Assembly (NCBI RefSeq): GCF_004365815.1
Contig: NZ_SODD01000057.1
Location: 1 to 10,646, forward strand
Reading direction: 5' to 3'
DNA from: Breznakia blatticola
GTDB lineage: Bacteria > Bacillota_I > Bacilli_A > Erysipelotrichales > Erysipelotrichaceae
Length of the DNA stretch: 10,646 bases
Shown here: positions 5,696 to 10,646 of the stretch, piece after piece
How positions within the stretch are numbered: the first letter of the stretch is position 1
How the letters are laid out: every line of letters starts with the position of its first letter
The notes under the pieces: generated by a model
Told to the model about the DNA's origin: nothing
Databases searched by the model: none
What the model saw: only the letters and a program-made list of their open reading frames with translations
Position numbers and translations under genes: made by a program

Positions 5696-7072
5696 TTAGT
5701 CTGCTTTTTTCTTTGGCATAATGTAGTTGTAAGCAATTGGAATTAAGAATAATACAATACATACAACCATTAATGCATTTCCTTGCACAAATTGTGCGAT
5801 GTTTCCAAAGAAGATACCAGCAACTGAGAAGTCAGCATCTGAGAATGTTGTGTTTGCAAAGTTTAATGCTCCCATAACTGGCATACAAATTGCAGGTAGG
5901 AATGTAATCAATAATCCATGTAGGAATGAACCAACTACACATCCACGTAATCCACCTTCTGCATTTCCAAATACTCCAGCTGTTACACCACAGAAGAAGT
6001 GAGGAATTACACCTGGTAAAATTAAGGCAACTGGAACAATTGAAGAGTTAATAAATCCAAGAATAAACAATCCAACAATTCCACCAAAGAATGAAACTAA
6101 GAATCCAATCAATACCGCATTTGGTGCATATGGAAATACCACTGGACAGTCAAGTGCAGGTTTTGCATTTGGCACAAGTTTTTCTGCAATCCCTTTAAAT
6201 GCAGGTACGATTTCTCCAATGATTAAACGTACACCAGATAGAATAATGTATACTCCTCCAGAGAAGTTTAATCCACGAATGAATGCCCAAATAAACCAGT
6301 TCTCACCGTTAAAAATTGGATCAAGAACTGCTGAATCACCTTTTCCAACTGCTACTGCTGTAACTAGAATGAAGAAGACAACCATTGTTAGACCAATTGC
6401 AACTGTTGTATCACGTAGGAATGAAAAACGTTGTGGGAAGTTAATATCTTCTGATGATTTTTTTCCTTTTACCAATTTTCCAATTTGTGCAGAGAACCAG
6501 TATCCAACACTACCAAAGTGTCCAAATGCAAGTTCATCCGTTTTTACGATTTTACGCATCGTTGGTTGTGTTATTGCTGGTGCAAGTACCATGATTAAAC
6601 CAAGAACTAATCCACCAGAGATAATTAATGGAATTCCACTTAATCCACCAATGTTTAAAATAACAGCTAGCATACATGCCATGTATAGTGTGTGGTGTCC
6701 AGTTAAGAAAATGTAGTTTAATCTAGAGAAACGAGCAATGATAATATTTGCGATCATTCCTGCACACATAATGTATGCTGTTTCTTTTGCGAAATCTGCT
6801 AACCCTAAAGAAACAATCGCTTCATTGTTTGGAACAACCCCTTGTACTCCAAACGCGTAGTTGAATAGTGTTCCAAAATCGTTTAATGATCCTGTTTGCA
6901 AGAAACTTGCTCCAGCACTTAACACCAAGAACCCAACAATTGTTTTTACGGTTCCTTTAACTACATCTTCTACTGGTTTCTTTTGTAGAATTAACCCCAG
7001 TAGTGCCATCAAACCAACAAGAATTGACGGCGTTGACAAAATGTCTAAAATTACTTGTAAAAAACTGTTCAT
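5696..7072 (-). CDS. PTS EIIC permease, L-ascorbate family (UlaA/SgaT-like)
   Basis: 458-aa polytopic membrane protein, hydrophobic helices throughout. The sequence is recognisable as UlaA/SgaT-type (e.g. FLTGHHTLYMACMLAVIL, PVVFPYAPNAVLIGF, GNAEGGLRG). SD AAGGGGG lies 6 nt upstream of the ATG at 7072. Confidence 0.92.
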   Translation of the reverse strand: MNSFLQVILDILSTPSILVGLMALLGLILQKKPVEDVVKGTVKTIVGFLVLSAGASFLQTGSLNDFGTLFNYAFGVQGVVPNNEAIVSLGLADFAKETAYIMCAGMIANIIIARFSRLNYIFLTGHHTLYMACMLAVILNIGGLSGIPLIISGGLVLGLIMVLAPAITQPTMRKIVKTDELAFGHFGSVGYWFSAQIGKLVKGKKSSEDINFPQRFSFLRDTTVAIGLTMVVFFILVTAVAVGKGDSAVLDPIFNGENWFIWAFIRGLNFSGGVYIILSGVRLIIGEIVPAFKGIAEKLVPNAKPALDCPVVFPYAPNAVLIGFLVSFFGGIVGLFILGFINSSIVPVALILPGVIPHFFCGVTAGVFGNAEGGLRGCVVGSFLHGLLITFLPAICMPVMGALNFANTTFSDADFSVAGIFFGNIAQFVQGNALMVVCIVLFLIPIAYNYIMPKKKAD

Positions 7073-7107
7073 TTGTAAACCCCCTTTAAATTATGTTTTA
7101 CTAACAG

Positions 7108-7554
7108 TTATTCATTTGCAGCTGCAATGAATTGCGTATATGCATCATCTGCAGTTTTTGCAGTGGCAAGTTGTTCAATTCGTTTTTCATCTGTGAAGAT
7201 ATTAGATACAGCTTGCATCGCTTGCATGTGGGATTCTGAATCACTGGCAGCTAACGTTACGAGTAGTCGTACATCAAACCCATCTGGTTTGAAGCGTACT
7301 GGTTGACGTAATATCGTAATAGCCAATTGTTTTTTCAGTACCCCCTGCTCTGAACTTGCATGAAGTAAAGCTAAGTCTTTACATAACACATAATATGGTC
7401 CAAATTTTTCAGTGTTTTCAATGATTGCATCTATATATCTTGCTTCTACATATCCACCATCGATCAATGGTTGTACGCCAACATGTATAGCATCTATCCA
7501 ATCTTTTACACTCTCAACAATTTGTACGTTTTCACGTTGTAACATATTTTTCAT
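7108..7554 (-). CDS. PTS EIIA component (PTS_EIIA_2 fold, UlaC/SgaA-like)
   Basis: The track ORF (7108..7629) is probably over-extended at the N-terminus. ATG at 7554 (MKNMLQRENVQIV...) is preceded by GGGAGG with 5-nt spacing, whereas the 7629 start has no SD and would overlap the promoter region. The segment GPYYVLCKDLALLHASSEQGV parallels E. coli UlaC [21 protein letters not shown] (phospho-His region). Confidence 0.85.
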   Translation of the reverse strand: MKNMLQRENVQIVESVKDWIDAIHVGVQPLIDGGYVEARYIDAIIENTEKFGPYYVLCKDLALLHASSEQGVLKKQLAITILRQPVRFKPDGFDVRLLVTLAASDSESHMQAMQAVSNIFTDEKRIEQLATAKTADDAYTQFIAAANE

Positions 7555-7584
7555 GTTTTCCTCCCGCTTACTTCTTACAAGCAC

Positions 7585-7653
7585 ATTATCAAATAACTTA
7601 GACATAAATAGAAGTCCAAATGTGTGCAACTATTTGTGCAAAACTTGTACATT
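7585..7653 (-). promoter_or_regulatory. Putative activator-dependent promoter of the PTS-transketolase operon: -10-like GATAAT plus the conserved upstream module
   Basis: GATAAT (reverse complement of 7585-7590) lies 30 nt upstream of the ATG at 7554. The -35 position (TTCTAT) is poor. Immediately upstream is the block at 7611-7653, which also occurs at 10568-10610. It contains three TTGT-N-CA units at 7622, 7634 and 7645, with 11-12 bp phasing. Confidence 0.5.
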
Positions 7654-7680
7654 CTACAACTTCTTATCTTTATCATTGTA

Positions 7681-7730
7681 CATAAAAACCCCATAAACAT
7701 CATTGTTTTTTACAATTTGTTGATGGGGTT
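7681..7730 (-). terminator. Rho-independent terminator downstream of deoC
   Basis: The minus strand reads AACCCCAU...AUGGGGUU (8-bp GC-rich base, arms at 7687-7694 and 7723-7730). The stem extends with an imperfect 4+4 bp section around a 7-nt loop. It is followed by UUUUUAUG and begins 23 nt after the deoC stop (7753). Confidence 0.75.
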
Positions 7731-7752
7731 ATTCGATTCTTCTATTTCGTTT

Positions 7753-8415
7753 TTAGTATCCGCCAGTTACTTTTTCACCAGCAACAAGTTTAATTCCTGA
7801 ACTTGTTCCAATACGAGTTGCACCTGCTTCTACCATTTTTTCAACGTCTTCAGCACTACGTACACCACCAGCAGCTTTCACTTCCGCTTTATCACCAACT
7901 GTGTCTTTCATCAATTTTACAACACGAGGGTTTGCACCTTCTGTTGAAAATCCAGTACTTGTTTTCACAAAATGTGCACCTGCTTCAACGCAAAGTTCAC
8001 TTGCTTTTACAATTTCTTCATCTGTTAATAAACAAGTTTCTAAAATTACTTTTACGATATTTCCTTTTGCAGCTTCAACTACCGCACGTACATCTTCACG
8101 TACTACATCATAGTTTTTACCTTTTAGTTCACCGATGTTTAATACCATATCGATTTCTTTTGCACCTTGTTCGATTGCTACTTTTGTTTCCCAGGCTTTT
8201 GCTGCTGTACTCATCGCTCCTAGTGGAAATCCAACAACTGTACAAACTTTTACATCCGTTCCTGCAAGTTGCTCTACACAAAAAGGTACCCAGTATGAGT
8301 TTACACAAACACTCATAAAGTCATATTCTTTTGCTTCTTGGCACAACTTTGCAATTTGATCACGAGTTGCATCTGCTTTTAATAACGTGTGATCAATTAA
8401 TTTATTCATTTTCAT
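7753..8415 (-). CDS. deoC: Deoxyribose-phosphate aldolase (class I aldolase, DERA)
   Basis: 220-aa ORF with canonical DERA features: LIDHTLLK near the N-terminus, VCVNS, VVGFPLG, KVILET, Schiff-base lysine context HFVKTSTGF, and [16 protein letters not shown] lies 9 nt upstream of the ATG at 8415. Confidence 0.93.
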   Translation of the reverse strand: MKMNKLIDHTLLKADATRDQIAKLCQEAKEYDFMSVCVNSYWVPFCVEQLAGTDVKVCTVVGFPLGAMSTAAKAWETKVAIEQGAKEIDMVLNIGELKGKNYDVVREDVRAVVEAAKGNIVKVILETCLLTDEEIVKASELCVEAGAHFVKTSTGFSTEGANPRVVKLMKDTVGDKAEVKAAGGVRSAEDVEKMVEAGATRIGTSSGIKLVAGEKVTGGY

Positions 8416-8494
8416 CTTTTATTTCTCCTTTGTATTTTATTTACTCTACTCTTAACAAAAGAATAGTCATACATAATGTAATTCAACACCAAAA

Positions 8495-10519
8495 CTAAGC
8501 TTTCAGTGCTTTACCTATAACTTGTAACATTTGTGAGGCATTTTTGCAAGCAAGTATCTCTGATTGTATATCCTCATTTGAAAATAAGTGCATAACATCC
8601 TTTAAGATTTTTAAATGCTTGACCTTATCTTCAGCAGCTAATACCAAAATCACTTTTGCTATTCTCTGTTTTGGAAAATACACACCTGATTCAAATACAT
8701 TCATATTAAAGTCCAGTTGTACAACTCCATCTTCAGGTTTTGCATGCGCCAATACCACATGTTCATTAATAAACATGTATGGTCCCATCTTTCGTGTTTG
8801 ACGGATCATTGCATCCACAAAATCGGTTGTAATACTTTTCTTTTCAACAAGTGGTTCACTGGACAAACGAATGGCTTCTTGCCAGTCATAGTCTTCATCA
8901 TGAAAATAGATTGTCTCTTCATTTAAAAAGGATAACATCCCTCTACTACCATCCTGAAGTGGATGATAACGAATCTCGGTAAGTGATTCTAAGTAATGTT
9001 GTAAATCAATTTTTAGTGCTTGATGATCTTCTTCTTTGACGTATTTTTTCACAATTTCAAGCACATCATCTGCACGAATTTGTCCTTTACCTGATGTACG
9101 CATACATTTTCGTAAAATCATAACACGATCTGCATCTGATAAAATTGGATGCACAATAATGCAATTGCTGCAGTTAGGTACTTCAACTGTCGATATTACT
9201 ACTTGATAGTCATCAAAAGATATATCGTTGCCACGAAGTGCAACAACATCAATGGTATCTGCGTGAGGTATGAGTGTACTAACTTCTGCACGAAGCATAT
9301 TTCCTGTCGATATTCCATTTGGACAGATAATTAAAATGTTCATTTGATCTACAGTTTGATTGGTAGAAATAAATCCACCAAAATGTAAGGTTAAATATGC
9401 AATTTCATTATCTGCAATGGGAACTCCAATTTGTTGGGCTAAATACTCAGCTGCTTTTTTGGTAATTTCAAAGAGCTCTGGGTATTGTCCTTTTACATCA
9501 TTAATCAGTGGATTTCCTATTTGAATCCCATACCGATAACGATATAAACTCGCTTTTAAATGCACAAAGATACTACGTTCAACAACTTCTTTATTTTCAA
9601 ATTCAACACAAGCAAGTCTAGAAAATTCACTTACTAGTGACGTTGCTAAATCATAAGCTTCTTGGTCTTCACTTACATCATTGATCTCCATCGATGTTAC
9701 TTCAAGGCGTGAGCCAAGTAAGTGTAAGGTTAAATAGATACATTCATCTTCTGCAAGATGATGAAACTTTCTTTGAACCAGTGTGTATTCATAAGTATCC
9801 ATAATTTTGTTTTTATCGATATCTGTGAAATGGAACGATTCATCTTCTTGTCCCAACACCGGCACAAAATGAGCCAAAGCAACTAAGGTATCTCTGACAT
9901 ATTGTGTGTCTAGTGTTTTTTCTATATAGTCAAACTTTTTTAGGTTTTCCTCTACTTGCTCTTGATATGGAGAAGTGAGTGCGCCTGTATGATAATATGA
10001 AATCAATTCAGGAAAATACAAGAAGAAAAGTGCACGCTTTCGAATGACATCTCCTTGAATGATGTATCCAGTCTTGTTTTCAAATTTTAAGGTAAGTCCA
10101 TATTCTTGTAGTTTTGTGGATGCTACCTTTAAATCATTAATAATCGTATTTCTTGAGACTTGACAAACATCAATAAAATCTTCAATCAACAACGGACGAT
10201 CCTTTTGTAAAATCATACAAATGATAATAAGTACACGTTCACTTGGTGAGAAATATACATTACGTACTAACGGTTCACTATACATCAATTCACGAATTTG
10301 TTCTTTCTGTTTTTGTGATAGATTAATCCCTTTACTTCTTTCAAGAGTAACTTCTTCAATATGATGGCTCGCTAAAAAATCATTGATCTTACACAAATCA
10401 TAATACACGCTTCGTTTAGAGATTTGTTTTTCATCAACAATTTCTTGAATCTTAATATGTACCTCACTTTGAAGTAATGTATTTAATAATTCCTGACATC
10501 TTGTATCGAGTTCAATCAT
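8495..10519 (-). CDS. PRD-domain transcriptional activator with EIIB(Gat)-like and EIIA(Mtl/Asc)-like domains (MtlR/LicR/ManR class)
   Basis: The track ORF starts at 10576, but ATG 10519 (MIELDTRCQELL...) is preceded by AGGTGAGGTGA with 5-nt spacing, so I take it as the start (674 aa). Domain order: two N-terminal winged-helix/HTH segments (ISKRSVYYDL..., VSRNTIINDL...); two PRD-like regions with conserved His (CIYLTLHLLG, IFVHLKASLYRY, IAYLTLHFGG); an EIIB-like loop ILIICPNGISTGNML; and a C-terminal EIIA_2 domain GPYMFINEHVVLAHAKPEDGV. There is no CAT/RNA-binding domain, so it is a DNA-binding activator rather than an antiterminator. Confidence 0.88.
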   Translation of the reverse strand: MIELDTRCQELLNTLLQSEVHIKIQEIVDEKQISKRSVYYDLCKINDFLASHHIEEVTLERSKGINLSQKQKEQIRELMYSEPLVRNVYFSPSERVLIIICMILQKDRPLLIEDFIDVCQVSRNTIINDLKVASTKLQEYGLTLKFENKTGYIIQGDVIRKRALFFLYFPELISYYHTGALTSPYQEQVEENLKKFDYIEKTLDTQYVRDTLVALAHFVPVLGQEDESFHFTDIDKNKIMDTYEYTLVQRKFHHLAEDECIYLTLHLLGSRLEVTSMEINDVSEDQEAYDLATSLVSEFSRLACVEFENKEVVERSIFVHLKASLYRYRYGIQIGNPLINDVKGQYPELFEITKKAAEYLAQQIGVPIADNEIAYLTLHFGGFISTNQTVDQMNILIICPNGISTGNMLRAEVSTLIPHADTIDVVALRGNDISFDDYQVVISTVEVPNCSNCIIVHPILSDADRVMILRKCMRTSGKGQIRADDVLEIVKKYVKEEDHQALKIDLQHYLESLTEIRYHPLQDGSRGMLSFLNEETIYFHDEDYDWQEAIRLSSEPLVEKKSITTDFVDAMIRQTRKMGPYMFINEHVVLAHAKPEDGVVQLDFNMNVFESGVYFPKQRIAKVILVLAAEDKVKHLKILKDVMHLFSNEDIQSEILACKNASQMLQVIGKALKA

Positions 10520-10541
10520 GTTCGTCACCTCACCTAAATAC

Positions 10542-10610
10542 ACCATAACATATTTTATATTTTGAACGAAGTCCAAAATTTGTCATATACTTGTCCAATA
10601 ATTGTAAATT
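10542..10610 (-). promoter_or_regulatory. Putative promoter of the regulator-deoC unit carrying the second copy of the conserved upstream module
   Basis: An extended -10-like TG-T-TATGGT (reverse complement of 10542-10550) sits 20 nt downstream of the 10-mer TTTGGACTTC (reverse complement of 10568-10577), the same spacing as in the PTS promoter. TTGT-N-CA units occur at 10580, 10591 and 10602 with 11-bp phasing. Confidence 0.45.
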
Positions 10611-10646
10611 GAGCAAGGATCAATAAATATTAAAAAGACAAAGCAC

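Noticed and set aside
7555-7629. N-terminal extensions of the track ORFs for EIIA (start 7629) and for the regulator (start 10576)
   Set aside because: Internal ATGs at 7554 and 10519 have strong, well-spaced SD sequences. The extensions lack SDs, add non-conserved residues, and would overlap the predicted promoter elements.
7622-7641. A sigma-54-like element, TTGCAC-N6-TTGCA, on the minus strand upstream of the PTS operon
   Set aside because: The invariant GG of the -24 box is TG here, and the spacing is one nt too long. The linked regulator has no AAA+ sigma-54-activation domain (it is MtlR-like, not LevR-like). The sequence is better explained as direct-repeat operator half-sites.
1-10646. 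Search for mobile elements, CRISPR arrays, tRNA or rRNA genes, toxin-antitoxin pairs or defence-system genes
   Set aside because: I saw no direct-repeat/spacer arrays, no transposase, integrase or recombinase-like ORFs, no terminal inverted repeats flanking a block, no cloverleaf-like tRNA candidates, and no nuclease, ATPase or methylase-type ORFs. Every long ORF has a coherent metabolic, transport or surface-protein assignment.

Overview
AT-rich window, probably from a low-GC Gram-positive bacterium (strong AGGAGG-type ribosome-binding sites, a sortase-type sorting signal). Every credible gene is on the minus strand. Reading in the direction of transcription (high to low coordinates): (1) a multidomain PRD/PTS-regulated transcriptional activator of the MtlR/LicR type, followed with no terminator by deoC (deoxyribose-phosphate aldolase); (2) after a rho-independent terminator, an operon encoding PTS EIIA, EIIC and EIIB of the L-ascorbate (UlaA/SgaT) family plus a split transketolase (N- and C-terminal subunits, coupled by a TAATG overlap), ending in a good terminator; (3) a 557-bp ORF-free region; (4) a 733-aa secreted, cell-wall-anchored purple-acid-phosphatase-like metallophosphoesterase; (5) the 5' part of a YibE/F-type membrane protein running off the window. 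I found no rRNA, tRNA, CRISPR array, IS/transposase, integrase, phage or recognisable defence genes, so this does not look like a mobile or defence island. The points most worth follow-up are: (a) a ~43-bp cis-regulatory module found upstream of both the regulator gene and the PTS operon, at the same distance from a -10-like hexamer in each; (b) an L-Asc-family PTS paired only with transketolase and DERA, with no ulaDEFG genes, which implies an uncharacterised substrate and route; (c) the long non-coding region carrying three copies of an ACAYAC...CCCCC motif and an attenuator-like pair of duplicated hairpins; (d) a non-LPXTG sorting signal (SPDTG) on the phosphoesterase. All functional calls rest on motif recognition by eye, with no searches run.
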